Assembly: GCA_964234715.1 (NCBI GenBank)
Contig: OZ174285.1
DNA length: 64,000 nt
Reading direction: 5' to 3' (one strand)
Source: Podarcis melisellensis
Taxonomy: Eukaryota
Positions within the stretch are counted from its first letter, which is position 1; every line of letters begins with the position of its first letter. Shown here piece by piece: positions 1 through 14,639 of the stretch. Made by a program: the position numbers and the translations under genes. The notes below the pieces were generated by a model. The model was not told where the DNA came from. It searched no databases and saw only the letters and a list, made by a program, of their open reading frames with translations.

Positions 1-1649
1 TGGATATCATTAGCGAGGGGAAGTCAGCTTGGCCCAGCCATTGTCCAAAGGACAAATAGGGACTGGGACCTTGATTATCCTCTGCAGCATTGGCCTCTAC
101 TCTTTGGTTGCAGGAGCAAAAGCAAACACAATAGTTAACAGCCACTAGCCAGATGAAAAATACATCTGGGGAAGGACTGGCCCTACCATTTGGCAGAGTG
201 AGGTAGCCAGTGAGGGAGTGGAAGCTAGGTGGGGGGAGTGGCAACAGCTTCCTGATCATTCCACCTCTGTTGGAGGGCAGAATTGTGTGTGTCGCGCACC
301 TGTGCCCCCTAAACTAACCTGCTACCCTCAGGTGTAGCAGATGTTCCCCACCAGTCATCAGTGTCGAAGTAACAAATACCCTCCAACATTCCAGTGATCA
401 AAACTGGGTTGCTCGTTTTTTGGTCCCAAGCTCTTGCGGGAGCTAGCATGAGGGTTGCATGAGAGCATAAAACGAAGAAATGAGTGTCTTTTGGTCTGGT
501 GCTTGGGATGAGCAAGCGGATGAGAAAACCACGGCTTTCCAGGATCCAATGAGAAGCTGGGATAGCTTCTGTGATTCCAGGATGCCCCACTCAAATTGGG
601 ACAATTGAGGGGTATGCAACTCTCATTCAATATGTGAAATGGGGATGCAGGCAGCTTCACTTCAGGCAGTGAGATATCTTGAGTCAGCCCTGTGGAAGAG
701 ATGGCACACCCTCCCAAAAAGAACACTGTGAATAGGAAAGTCCCAGTCTTTAGTTATTTTTTAATAACATGTAATATTGTAAAAAAATGTTGCATATTGC
801 TCAGAATTTCTGCCATGGAGCAGGATAGGAATGAAATGTAATACATAATAAGAGGTAGGAATATATTGAACCCACAGGGGTTGAAACAGGAATGGAGCAA
901 GGACCTAAATAAATGGCAGCGGAGATAAAGAATAAAAGGCTCCAACCCAGTAAAGACCATGCTTAATTAAAAGAGAGAGAGAGAAAACACCAACCGGGTG
1001 GCAACCTTATTTGTTCAGTAGAAATAGCTGCAGAGAAGCAATAAATGGCTTTACTTCCTTCCTTGTGGCAGAGTCAGAAATGGATTTCAAAGCTTGGGGT
1101 GGGGGAATGTCAAAGTGCAGGAAGTGACAGAAAGCAAGTTATAACAAGTTGCACACACCACAGTCTGGACTCTGGGTTCACTTTGGGCATTCCAAGCCTG
1201 ACTGGTGCTTCTCCAAAACTTACTTGAAGTAGCCAAACTTCCTGGATTTATAAAACTGGGCAGAATATTTTATGGGAGCAGGATTCCACATTACTCGCAT
1301 TTCCTTTCCTTATTAGCAGACGACCACAAGGCAATCCTGTCTTAGTTGCCGCCGCATCTGAGGCCTGGGCAGTGGAAAGGTATCATTAGTGCAGACACAG
1401 GTAGCACTTGAATCATTAAGGCTTCGATCCAAAGTACATTTGGGTTGGCAGCAAGAGCCACGAGAATCAATAGGAGACACTTCCAAGTCTGTATGTTTAT
1501 TGTGGAGTTCCATAGTTCCAATGGGACTATAATATCTCAATAAAGCTGGTAATATCTCCAGAACTATAGGACTAGCCGTCACGAAACATGGTAGGATGAT
1601 GGTTCATTTTTGTAAAGAGTTTAGGCTTACAACTCTCAAATATTACTCA

Positions 1650-1749
1650 TAGTTACAGGTAGGTAGCCGTTTTGGTCTGCCATAGTCAAAACAAAATAAA
1701 AAAATTCCTTCCAGTAGCACCCTAGAGTCTCTATGGTGCTATTGGAAAG
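1650..1749. mobile_element. Truncated Penelope-like fragment with inverted end
   Basis: Same sequence as 46761-46830; 19-bp foldback 1709-1727/1729-1747; direct repeat AAATATTACTCA at 1638-1649 and 1750-1761. Confidence 0.65.
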
Positions 1750-1833
1750 AAATATTACTCAGTTGGCTTAGTACATTAATATCCCACCTTTCTTCCATGG
1801 AATTCAAGATGGCACCCATCAGTTTTCCAGGTA

Positions 1834-2043
1834 CAGTGGTACCTCGGGTTACAGACTCCGCTAACCCAGAAATAGTGCTTCAGGTTAAGAACTTTGCTTC
1901 AGGATGAGAACAGAAATTGTGCTCTGACGGTGCGGCGGCAGCAGGAGGCCCCATTAGCTAAAGTGGTGCTTCAGGTTAAGAACAGTTTCAGGTTAAGAAC
2001 GGACCTCCTGAACGAATTAAGTAATTAACCCAAAGTACCACTG
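1834..2043. mobile_element. Tc1/mariner (Tigger-like) MITE
   Basis: TIR CAGTGGTAC...GTACCACTG, TA flanks; second copy at 9995-10236. Confidence 0.85.
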
Positions 2044-4318
2044 TATTTTCCCATAGTGAGGAGGCTTAGTCCTCTTTTGCTTTAACAAACCTATCAGAAA
2101 CTGAAAATGTGCCCTGATTACATTCTCTGGCCAGTGTACAGGAAGCTCTGATTGGCTGCTTTCCCCATAGCTACCATATGATTGATGGCCTTGTAATCAG
2201 ACCCTAAAATTAAAACATACCCATATAAGAGATAATGTGGACTACCAGCTGAACAAGCATGGCACTGAAGGAACATTTCATTTCATTTGGCAGGAAGCTC
2301 TTGTCTCCTGCATCCTTGTGCATCTTTTAATTAATAATGGAGATTTCAAGTTAGTGGCCTAAGACAGAATTAAGTATTAACTATTTTTAGTCTTGCTTGG
2401 ACAATCCATTTGGCAGCAAAGAACATCTTCAGATGAGTCACTGCCTTTGCTGCTATTCCCTTTAAATAAATTATTCAGTTTAAGATATTCATAAAGCCTA
2501 AGCCAACAATTATTCCTTAAAAGGGTATCCTCAAGTGACTTCCATGTGGGTTCAAAGCTATTTAGAGATAAGAGGAGAGAGAGAGACAGAAGCTCAGCCT
2601 GCATTCCAAGCCACTCTCCCCTGGTTTCAAAGGGCAATTTTTCTTTTTGAAGTGTAGGATATGCAGTTGGCTATCTATTCTTGTCAAGTTTCATATTAAA
2701 TGCTTTCTCTGCAGTGGGTGGATTGTCCAGGTTTGCCCTTTGGAAACGGCTTACATCAGCCTAATGTGTTTTTCATTGGTTTGTGTTACCAAGAAGCTGT
2801 TTCACATCACTACTGTTTAAAATTGCACTGGCATTTTCATTGCAGCCTCTTCTTCAGATCGCTGTCAACAAGACTAAAGGTGTTTCCCACTGTGCCGTGA
2901 AGCATCTATTAAACTTTGTTCCGAGAGAGAGATTCCAACAACACCAATCAGCTAAAGAATGGGTCTATCAGGGATGAATAGTGACATTTTTTCTCCTGTG
3001 GTTGCCGCCCATTACCACACGGGCTTCAAGGGAACATTGCAACATATGTTCCTAGAAGTGTACTCAAGAAAAGACTACTTCTCTCTCTCTTTAAAGTCTG
3101 CACAAAAAGAAAATTAACTAGGGGTGGCTCCAAGCTCAGATTAAATAGGAATACTGTCTCTGTCCTGAGATGACTCCCAAGAAGCCTGAAGAGGCTCTGG
3201 ATATCTCTACATAGTAAATGACCTTGGCTGGCATTCCATACTAAACTAGAAACTACCTCCTTCTTTATCTTCCAACAATAGTTGGAACCAGAGCAAATGG
3301 CCCACAAAACCATCTAATTCAAGTTTGTCCTCTAATTTAAGTTTGTCCCCATCCTCTTCCCCAATGAGTATTGCAAGGGCAACATTGAGACTAAGAAGGA
3401 ATATTATTATTTGCTGCTCACTAGATTAGCTGTAATAAGGCAGGCAGGCAGGTAGAAGCTGGTTGAAGCTTCTAGCAGCAGACACCATTGATCACATCTG
3501 TTTTCGCTTGCTAGCTAGGGCTAGCTGCAGGCAAACCAAATGTCAGAATGTTGAAAGTGGTAAGATAGAACCGTCATTTCTGTCTTTCGTATCTTTTATG
3601 ATGCTTCTGAACAAATGCATGCGAACAACACAGACAACCACTTTTAACCTGTGCTATTTTTCTATAAAACAGAGGTGCCAGAACACACCATGAACAGCTC
3701 CCTTGTTCTCTTGGAATGGCATTGGCACCCTCCTAAGAGGTGCTGGAACTGAGTTCTGGTGAGTTCCGGCCGAAAAAGCCCTACTTTTAACTCTCCTAAA
3801 AACTATTGTCTGTTTCCAACCAAGCAAGAAGGAAAATATTTGCTAAGTCTAATATCTGTGCAAGACGTGTCTGGGGCCTCCAAATTTGGATGCTTGGCAT
3901 TCCTTTCAAACTGTAAGAAACAATTAGGATTATTGGTATTTCAGGGCCCCACATTACTTTGTTGGGTATCCTGCTGGCTTTTTATAGAGGTGGAGAAAAT
4001 AAACATTTCCCCACTGTTTCCTCCATTCCCATACAACAAGCATCTCAAATCATTAACAAATGTGTGAGTCTCAAATCCTTTTCTAGGAATCACCTAGTTG
4101 CCAGTGACCCTCAGATACTATCAGTTTGGCAAGGAAGAATGATAATACAACAAATGGTGCTTTACAAATATGTCTGAAGATCTCTAAAGGAGTCTGCAAA
4201 GGTGTACGAGCTTTTATATCACACTTCAGACATTTGGCCAATTCAAATATCCATATTCAGCATTTTTCAGGGAAGCCTGCTTGGTTAATTCCCTTCTAAT
4301 GTTAAAAATGGTTGTCAG

Positions 4319-4321
<3 letters not shown>

Positions 4322-4353
<32 letters not shown>
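4322..4353. repeat. (AC)16 microsatellite
   Basis: Direct reading. Confidence 0.95.
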
Positions 4354-4355
<2 letters not shown>

Positions 4356-5457
4356 TTTTGGGCTTATTTGTTCCTCCTTTTTTAACAATGTGTATCCCAC
4401 CTCCTCATCATGCTGATTCGCAAAACAGCTTACAAATTTAAAATATCGAAACAACATACGACAGAGTAAAATGAATAGCAACTCATATTAAAAGCTGAGG
4501 GAAACAGCAGTGTTTTTGGCCTGTTCCTAAAGATCAACAGAAACGGAAGCTGTGTGCATATTATCATCTTAAAACACAGCTAGGTGGTTCATTTTCTCAA
4601 TTTGGACTATGAAGAAGCAAATCAAAACACAGTAATGTGTTCCGTAAGAAATGACAAGATAAAACAGGATAGATAAGGGTTGTGGCTAATGTCATGTGTA
4701 CACCGCTTTCTAAAACAGCAGTGGGAGTAAACTGGATGAAGAGTCAATGGGATTGTGTACACAGCCAGGGATTACTGCCATCCTGTTGTCAGCCACCTTC
4801 CTTCAGAACAGGAGCTCTGAGCAAGATCTGGAGGAGAACAGCCTTTTTTTTGCTCTTAGCTGCTGAGAGGGGAGGGAAAGGATGTCTCTCTGAGGAGAGT
4901 CTTGTGAAGTTTTTCTGAGGAGATTTGAGGACACTAAGGTGTCTGCCTGCTGTTCACCTAAGGGTTTACCTCAGTGGTACTGAAAACTACTCCAGAATGT
5001 GCTCTTAAGGTCACTTAACATGGAATAGTTATTATGCTTCAATAGCTGCTGTGCTGAATAATTAAAAGAGTTCATTCCCCCCCAGTATTTTCCAATCCTG
5101 TCAAGTGTAGCCTACTGCAAGATGCCTAGAGCACAGCTTTATTTTATTCCATATTTTATACTTTTAATTTCATATTTATATTTATATTGGCCCACCCATA
5201 ATGGGTGGAGGGATTTTGGTTTTTCTGAGGAAATTTAGGGGAGAATTGGTGAAGATATTGAGAGAAAAATCAACAGAGGAAAAGAGCCAGAGGAGATGAC
5301 AGGCAACTCATTTAGTCTGGTTTTTTGTGTAGGTGTATTCTGCAATACGATATTGGGCTAGGTTCCCTTCAGGTTCCCAACTCTACAATTCTATGATTCT
5401 ATTATTTTACTTCATTTAGATCCTTCCACATGGCCTTACAAAGGCCCTCGAGGCAGC

Positions 5458-6092
5458 TGATAAATTTACGCCAAGTAAATTAGCAAAAATGTATAAATCA
5501 GAGTCAAGTACTTGTTGAAAGTGTCAAGAAATGGAGGGTACTTTTTACCATATGAAGTGTACATGTAAAAATGTGAAGGAATTCTGGGAGATGATATATA
5601 ATTAACTTTTATAAAAAGATCAGAAAGCTTCTTATTAGGAAGTCCCTACAGACCAAAATAATGTATTTCTTTACGCAGTTACAGCAGCCCGAATAGTATA
5701 TGCTGAGAAATGGAAAGAGAGAATGATTCCAAGAAAGGAGGAGTGGCAGATATAATCAATTAAATATGTAGAATTGGCAAATTTAACTAATAGAATAAGA
5801 AATCAGGAAGATTTAGTTTTTTAAGGAAGAGTAAGAAATGTTTGCAGAATATATGAAGGATTATGTCAAGCAGGATAAAGTGTTAGCAGGATTAATTTAA
5901 ATTCAGCAGTTTAAATAATTAAAACTATAGAGGGAAGGGATTTTTAAAAAATAAAAGGAGGAATTAGAATATACAGTCTTAATGGATAAATAAATAGAAC
6001 CATGGAAGGGGGAAAGGGAAGTTAATTTTTGAGTTTGTGGTTATATTCAATGAAATGTGAATTATAAAGAAAATTTGGAAGAAAAAACACAC
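5458..6092 (+). mobile_element. 5'-truncated L1-clade LINE (degenerate ORF2 C-terminus + 3' UTR)
   Basis: C*KCQEMEGTFYHMKCTCKNVKEFWEMIY zinc-knuckle-like relic from 5513; 19-bp TSD with 1 mismatch at 5439-5457 and 6093-6111. Confidence 0.75.
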
Positions 6093-9000
6093 CAAAGGCC
6101 CTCAAGGCAGCCTCACATCTTACCATTTTATTGTACGTATGTATGCAGAACTGCACTTCATTTCACTCTTGCCTGGTTCCAAATATTATTTGGAGGTCTT
6201 CCCCTTTTGTTACGCTATTTACTGTACCTATTGTTTAATTGAGGTTAAAGCGATCTCCAACCTTGCATCCACAATAATCATAAATCTCCTCTTCTGTGTA
6301 CACTATCCAGAATGAATTGTTAGAGACCTCCCGAAAAGTCTGAGAACTCCAGCAGAACAGGAAATGTTTATTCAGATAAGATATAATGCAAGGAGGAGAC
6401 GACTAGTGCATGATTCATGTGGGATTTTAATCTTTCTGATAGCACATGGTCACCTCATTTCACATTTTGGCTTACTCCACAACAGAACATTTTTAACTTT
6501 GATAACATTGATATAGAGGGTTTCCCACCCTCCATCTTATCTACCTCACAAGCCTTGTGAGGTAGGATAGTCCGCAAGGTAATAACTGTCCTAAGGTTGG
6601 CTTGTGATCTTCAAAGTTGAATGGGATTTTAACATGCTAAATGCAACATGGGTTCTCACAGAACTAGGGCAATCTTGATTTTCTGCTGCAAAATCTAGCG
6701 GTATGTTTGTTTGTTGCATTTGTATCCCACCTTTTTCTCCCAGGAGCTCAAGGTGGCATACAGTGATGGACCTACTTTGGGGGGGCCCTGAAGCCTGAAC
6801 TGTTGTGAGGGCTCCTTCACAACCAGCAATGATGTCTACCAGGACAGACTTTGCTGGTGTGCTCAAGACATCGATTCCATAAAACATATTTTGTTGCACT
6901 GTGCAAAATATGAGCAAGCCAGGGCTGAACTGATATTACCCTTGCTGGTACCTTTCCCGGGAAAATCAGACGCTCCCTATTTCAGGTTCCTATTGGAAGA
7001 CCGGACAACCACTAGAACATTAGCAGTGGCAAAGTTTTTATTGGTGGTTGCAAGAACCAATGATCCCTATATTCTGAACAAAATGCTTGTTTAACCTGGA
7101 GGTAGGCTGTATGAATTGTGTATTGCTTTGTAACGATTTGTTGGGTCTCTGGACCGTAATAAAGGTTAATGATTGATGATGTCTGGGTTACCACTGTTAT
7201 CTTCTTCAGTGGCGTTGCTTACAACAACCTTTACAACATTTTTTTTAATTTTTTAAAATAATCAATTTTAGTTGTGCAACTCAAATTGGGTCTACTAGAC
7301 CCATTTTTTAAAAAAGCAAGGTTTGGCATAGAGGCAGTGACAGTCACCCAGTGAGCTTCATGGTCGAGTGGGGATAGTTCCAAGGATCTCATATTGCACC
7401 TTGTTTTTCTTTTTTTTATTTCTCAGCAAAATTCATTGTGAATATTTCAGATACACAGTTAAAAATCTTGTTGAAGAATTGTCTAGCATTGCTGGCCCAT
7501 GGGTTCTGACAGCAGGGGTAGCTGAAAATTTAAACGACTATCATCCTACCAAGCACTGTGACTGATATGAAGTCACAATTTCATTTACACACTATTTTAG
7601 AAGACCACCAGAGTTCATACAAGGAAGTTAAAACCAGTGCTCTATTTAATGATATCTGAGTTGAAGTCTGAGTTGCCAAATGGCAGTAGATGGGGGGGGG
7701 GAGTTTAGGAATTGCCTGACCTGCACCTCTGAGCCTTTAACAGAGGTTTGATATGCAGAAATCCAACAAGTGAAGATGTTCATTGCATGGAGCTATTAGT
7801 ACAGGAGAAATGTTTATTAAAGAGACAAACACAGAGGTCAGTTCAAAAGTGAAAAACCCCTGCTCAAGGAAAGCAAGCCTAAGAAAACATATTTCAAGAT
7901 TAGTATTATATGAATCAGGGCAAAAGCCCCCTGTGCTTGATTTCTGCAGTGAAATAGCCAGCTTGCAGAGTAGAGCTTCCAAGTTTTCAATTTAGACTCA
8001 GCAAGATTTCAGCAAAGCTGCAGTCAGACTTAAAAGGATTTGGAGCATATAAATATGTAGAGTCAGTAGCAGCTAGCAAATGCAGTCCAGAACATCCAAC
8101 TAGGGGACTATAAGTCTGGAAGTAAAGATCCACAGGAGGGGGAAAGTGTTTAAAGTGCAGGTGCTATATAGTGAGTGATTGGAGGGCGGGGGAGGCCTTA
8201 ACTCAGGCCACAGCTGCTTGAACGGATCACACTTCCTTGCACGTATGCCTGAAAATGGGAGAGTGTTTAACACAATTGATGATTTTTAAATTTGTCTCCA
8301 AGGGATTTTAACTCCCCTAATACCTCATGCAGCCAGCCCTACCAGAGTTAAATCTGTTTGCTTGGCTGTAATATTATGGTAGCCTAGATTAAACGGGTGA
8401 GTGTTGAATATTATATATGAAGTTCAGTACAGCAAACAGTGATTAGTTCATAGTATGTGTTCTATGTGTGAATGTAGCTCTTTATCCTACACAATTTAGA
8501 AGTTTCTGAGATCAGTGAGATTAACAGTGTTTGCATATGTCGTCAACTCAGGATGGATGAGAAATTAATTTCAGTGCACAATGCATGTTTAAAGCCAAAA
8601 ACTATCAAATTCACACTTTCAGAAACAATATGCTCATCAAAACATGGCTACACTCAAAATCCACTTACCTGACGTGAATTTTGTGGTGAAGTTCTCTAAA
8701 CAGTATTTACAGAAGTACACATATTAAGATACTAATGAAAATAGCATACAAAATTGGGGAAAGTTGCTTGCAAAAATTAGTCAAACTTGCATATAAAATG
8801 TGTTAATAAAATGTTGGTGCATTTTCATAAGGATTTTTTTTAAAAAATTGCCACAAAGTGCGGAGAAGTGAATTTAAGGCTGCAAAAATGAGAGACTGAG
8901 AGAACAGAAAGTGACATATCTTTCTCTCCCTATCGCCAAGAGTGTGAAAATTAAATCAGTACAACTGTATCATATGCAGTTGTAGGATGCATAGGAGGCT

Positions 9001-9994
9001 ACAGCTAAGCTGGGAAATTGTATCACTCCCAGCAGCATTATCTAGAGACCTTCTAAGAGTGTAGAATTCATATGAATTGCATTCACAGTTTTAGTGGCTA
9101 ACTGAAGATGTCCATTTTCAGCTTATTTGTTATGTTGAGGTTGACTTCTTCAGGTAGAGAAACAGTCCTAGGAGGAAGCTGTGATTCAGAGATGAAAAGC
9201 TGCCGAAAAGCTGCCCGGACGCCATTTTTGGATGCCAAACGCTGGCAATGTCTGGGATTTTCCAGACATATGGCAGCCCTAGCTTTCCGATTAGAGTGGC
9301 CAGGGCTCCTGTACCTTGAATGGTTGTGCAGAATAGGAGATTCCAGCAGATGTAGCTTGCAATCTACAACCTGCTGAAATTCCATTTTGTTCACAAGTAT
9401 TAAACCATGATTATGCATTTGTTCTTTAAGTTTTCTTGTGGTCTCTGGTCAGTCAAGTTTCTTAAACACTACAGAAACATGCACACCCTGCTTGACCAAG
9501 AGAATAATTGTGAGATAGGAGATGAATGTGGGTGCTCATTGGCAACCATAGCTTTCAGGTTGTTGTGTGAATGCAGCCTAAGAGACCTTCACACTTACTC
9601 AGCCTAATCTATGGCAACCTGCATCAACGTAGCCAATGCTACCGACATTTCAGCCTGAGGCTGTGAGATAGGGGAGTTTTTTCATGAAGGGCTCTCTCAG
9701 CAATTTATTCACCCTTGTGACCACAGGTGTTTCTGCTGATTTCCAGAGTGATGGAAAAGCAACATCTGAGCCAGCCCACCCATGTGACAGGGTGGAGCAG
9801 GTGCCTCAGGCAGCAGAAGCACAAGAGGCAGCACTGCCACTTGGAATGCCCCTCTCTCACTGAGTTCACTGAGAGGGAGGCATTCCAGCTGTGGTGGAAG
9901 TGGGATGGGCAGGATGCAACAGCCGGGCAGCCCATTCCTGTTTCGCCTCAGGTGGCGAAGCAGGCTGCCTTTAAGCAATGTGCTTGGAAACATA

Positions 9995-10236
9995 CAGTGG
10001 TACCTCGGGTTACAGACGCTTCAGGTTACAGATGCGTCAGGTTACAGGCTCCGCTAACCCAGAAATAGTACCTCGGGTTAAGAACTTTGCTTCAGGATGA
10101 GAACAGATATCGTGCTCTGGCAGCGCGGTGGCAGCGGGATGCCCCATTAGCTAAAGTGGTGCCTCAGGTTAAGAACAGTTTCAGGTTAAGAACAGACCTC
10201 CAGAACGACTTAAGTTCTCAACCCGTGGTACCCCTG
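9995..10236. mobile_element. Tc1/mariner MITE, same family as 1834-2043
   Basis: TIRs and TA TSD; internal repeated TCAGGTTA(A/C). Confidence 0.85.
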
Positions 10237-13129
10237 TATTCCCTTCTGCATGAACTGAAAATGATCTTGATCAGTATAGGCTGTTGATCCCCATCCCCTT
10301 TTCGTCTTCTCCAGGGTCTGGATTCTGGAACAATTTGACCTCATGTCACCATCTTTTTATTTTATTTTTTTATTTTACTGAGTACATATAAAAATGCCCC
10401 ACGTCTGACGTGTGAACCTAGCAAAGCAATGTTTTTGGCTTATGAGCCAAAGAAGATTTTATCCCCCAAATCCTGGTAGAGCATGCCTCCAACCTCTACC
10501 ACTAACACTCATCCCTCCCCCCCCCATCCCTGTAAATGAGTGTGTTCATTGGCATGCATGCCTGTTTATTTAGGTGCGTGACAGGCTTCCGTTGTTATTT
10601 GGACGAAAATGTCTCATTCTACCCATTCCAAGTGCTATTTGCATGCTGTTTTGTAGACATCTCCTAGACATCTCGGGCACCAGAGGGATTCATAACATTC
10701 ATCCAAATGTTTTCCCGGAGGTTGGTGTGTTAGAGAGAAGTATTTGTATTATGCAACTTGAGACAAAGATGAGTTGACGAGCTGAATTCAAAATGTGGAG
10801 GGAGTTAGTGTTCACTGCAAGTAAAAGGGGTAGCTACACTGTCCTGCAATATTTAAGATTCGTACAGTTCACCTTCTCCTCATCCCGTAAGAACCTCCAA
10901 CCTATTCCTCTTCCTGGAGGCAGGCTAGCTTTGGAAAGAATACAGTGCAGTGCAATTCAGGCACATGCTTCAGATCCTGAAAATCAGAAACACCCACAAC
11001 AACCGCTTGCATAGAATTAGTAACATTGGCCAGGAATTATTAAACTCAAATCTGTCCCCTTAAAGTTGAAGCTTTAATCCGTTTTACAGGCCATTGCTGA
11101 TACTTCAGTTGTGGAATGATCTCTGCAGGCGGACTGCCTGGCTTCATCCTCTTCTGCTTTCAGCCATATGGGAACAACGTGCTTCTTCTGAAAGGCTTCA
11201 ATACACTAATATCTGTAGACTCTGCTATCAGCCACTGAGAGGTCAAGGAGACTGAGAAGGGTAGCATCCCCCTGTCTCTTGCCTGATAAACCTACCATAA
11301 TTAACCAAGGGTCATTCCACTTCCAAACCTGGGAACGAAGCCAGATTAAAATAAATCTAGACAATTCTTTTTCTTCCAGGCACACCTGCAGTTAGACCAC
11401 CAGCACCCTCTTAAGCATCTTGCCCCAAAAGGAAATATTTGTGACTGGGGGGTAGTTATTTAACTCTTCTGGCTCCAGAGGGGTCCTCTTAAGAAGAGGG
11501 TGTACCACTGTCTTTTTAAGGGCCAAGACAAATAGGCATTAACCACTCCCTGGGCTGGCCAGTCAATCCCCCTTGGGTGGACGATGAGTGGAAAAACAGG
11601 TGGTTGCCCAAACTCCTGCAAGCAACTTCTCCACATCCTCAAACTGTAATAACTGAAACTGAACCAAAGCAACCAGACCAGACAGTGCTCTGGAGATATA
11701 TGTGGATTTAGTATAACTGTGATATCTAATTCTATGCAAGTCCAACCACTTTATCCTCAAAGTGCTTCATAAAAGCATCACAGCAGGCTTCTAATGACTC
11801 AAAGCTGCCCACTGGTCTGGTGCAATAAGCTTATTTGCAAGTTGGAACAGCTCTGCTGGATGGTTGCTTGAGGATGCAATGGCGTCAGAACCTGCCCTCT
11901 AGGTAGCTGAAAAGCACAAATTAAGAGAACAAGTCTTACCCAGGAAATAAGAATGTCACTGCTACTACCACCAAGATTCCCGAAAACTGACATTGCACCT
12001 GACTCATTTTTGAGTTATTAATGGCTGCCAAGAGCAGAACTCTGTTGTTGCTGCTGCTTCTACTGTAAAACCAAATTGAAGTTTACAAATAAAAACCAGA
12101 AGAAGCCACCACCGCTGCTAAAGCTAAGGGCCCCCAAAGTGCAGCATGTACCCCTTTTTTAAAAAGTGAACACACACCATTTGGAAGCCCTGAATTCTCT
12201 CCCCCAATGATCACTTGAACTTCAAGCTTTGGCAATCCTCACCCCAGGGCTAATATTACTGGATTAGGTTCAGCCTGTTTAGCTGAACATAGGTCATTTG
12301 AAATTGATGGGACATGTTAGTCATGACTTCACTTAATTTCGAAAGGGAACTACGTGCAACTCACTTAGTCTGGATGCTGCCGACTGAATCCAAACGCTGC
12401 AAACTGGCAGTGAAAACGGCTGGAACTCTGCAGTGGAGGAATGAAGCGTTCTGCCATGAAGTACTACTACTGAGAAATGTAGCAAAACACAGCCCTGCCA
12501 ACATCTACAAACCCAGAGAAGACGATTCCACAAGCAGACAGAATAATGGGCCAGAACAAGTGGATTTGGAACAGTTCACAGCAATCCTGTCTTTAGCTGT
12601 GCTTCAGCAATCGTCTCCCAGGTCGCATTGTCTGCAGTAGCCAGAATTTAGTTTTCCATCTGTTTGGCCCCTTTTTATCCTGTAGTAATAAACACGTTAC
12701 ATATCCTTGGCTCCCTGGCAAATCTGTTTTTGACAAAAGGCCACAAAAACCAAAACAACCAAGGAATTGGGGCCGACTTGTCCGGACGAGGGGTCAGGGG
12801 AAGAAGTCCACGGTACTAAAAACGTATAGTAATGGCATTTTTGGCAGAGTCTTTCCTTCTCTGTGAGCCACGTTCTGCTCAGATGCAGGCAGCCGGCATT
12901 GCTGTTCAGGGCTGAGCTGCACCTGGAGAATCCCCCAGGCGATTGCATCCCTGTTAGGGGACACTGGAAATCGCTCTGCACTTAGGAACAGCCACAACAA
13001 AGGGAAGGCTGCAGATGCAGGTGCAGAATGAGAGGCGACAAGGCAGTCTGCTGCAAACATATCACCCTGCAAAGAATGCCTGCTGGGAAGGCAGATGCCC
13101 CTTCCCCTTTATCTTTTTTCACTAAATGT

Positions 13130-13434
13130 TAGCTCCACATGGAAGACAGAGCAAGATTGTTTTCTCCTGTTCCAGAGGGTAGGACCCAAACCAATGGCTT
13201 CAAGCTACAAGGGACAAGATTCCATCTAAACATCAGGAAGAACTTTCTGACATTAAGAACTGTTTGACAGTGGAATGGAGTCCCTTGGGAGGTGGTGGAC
13301 TCTCCTTCCTTCGAGGTTTTTAAGCAGAGGTTGGATGGTCACCTGTCATAGATGCTTAAATTGAGATTCCTGCATTGCAGGGAGTTGAACAAGATGACCC
13401 TTGTGGTTACTTCCAATCTATGCTTCTATGATTC
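13130..13434 (+). mobile_element. CR1 LINE 3' fragment
   Basis: CR1 ORF2 end/3' UTR motifs (AACATCAGGAAGAACTT...GAGGTTGGATG...TTCTATGATTC tail). Confidence 0.8.
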
Positions 13435-14127
13435 CACCTTCCTAAGTCAACTTAAGTCTTAGAGGAGGCATTGCCCAGTAAGGAAGGAAAAATGAAGCAT
13501 CCTCCAATACATTGATTCAAGCAAAAATTAAAATGTTAAGAGGGACAGAAGGTCTGCAAACAAGTAACTTTGTCTATTTTCCTTTGTTTTGCAATCATTT
13601 TATCTGGCTTTTCAGGCAATGATTGCTTCCCAAAGTGAATCACACCAATGCAGCATGGCTTGCAAATTCAAAAGATGCAGAGCTGGGGAGGCAAAAGGCA
13701 GAAGATCTTTGAGGCCAAAATGAGGTTGTGTGCTGCAGCTGGGGCTATATATGCAACTGGAGCCAAGCTGCTCTTCTCAAGGTTAAAGTAACTTATTCCC
13801 CTCCCCCAACTACAGCTAAACAGCTTTCCTTTCAGCTGTTCCATCCAGAAACTATATCACTCTGAGGAAGTAACCCCTTGGCCTTTCCTCAGCCACTGAG
13901 GAGGAGGAGGAGGAGGGGTAACACAGAAACAGCTAGTAATCAGGGAGGAAGAAGAGGAGGAAGAGGAAGGGTGCCAGCCAGAAAAGTGGAATACCTCCAC
14001 CACAAAGAGGGTGCGAGCTACAGAGTCACTCCGCAATAGAGGCAATGTAATGCACCGGTCCTGCTAATGTGAACTTGAAATAAATCCCTTGTTTAAATAG
14101 CCATAGGTAGTTTGCCCCTCCCCACTC

Positions 14128-14639
14128 TGTCAGCAACTGGCTGGACATTGAGGAGGGGTGGCTGGATTCTGATGAGTGGGCACTGGAAGACTGGCTTAGA
14201 AAAAGGGATCAGTGAACTGGAGGAATCAGTAATAGCTGGGAGACAAGATTCAGAGGCAGGAGAAGCTGCAGGATTGGAAAGTGAAGAACAGGTGCAAGAG
14301 GAAGGAGAGATATGTCAGGCTGGGGTAGAGTCAAGGGCTTGCACACTTCCTCCTCCTGCCCCCACCTCTCCTGCTCCACAGTCTCCCAGGACCAGAAGAG
14401 GACTGAAGCGGGAGGAGCAGAAGCAGGTTCCACGCAGGCATAGTCTTCATCTGCTTGCATGCAGTTCAGGTGGGGAAAATACATAAGCCAAGGTTGGGGG
14501 TGAGGCCTCTGTTGCATGGAACTGTCTGATTGGGTGCATACCCAGGAGCAGGATTGATGGACATGCCTTTTCCTGTCTTGTAAGTGTACCTTTGGAAATA
14601 ACAAGTTAATTCCTCACTCTGGACATTCTTTTCCTGACA
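14128..14639 (+). mobile_element. Probable solo LTR
   Basis: TGTCAG...CTGACA termini, about 510 bp, purine-rich interior; no clean TSD. Confidence 0.5.

Noticed and set aside
14112-14486. 124-aa acidic ORF
   Set aside because: Lies in LTR-like, low-complexity purine-rich sequence with no splice or gene context
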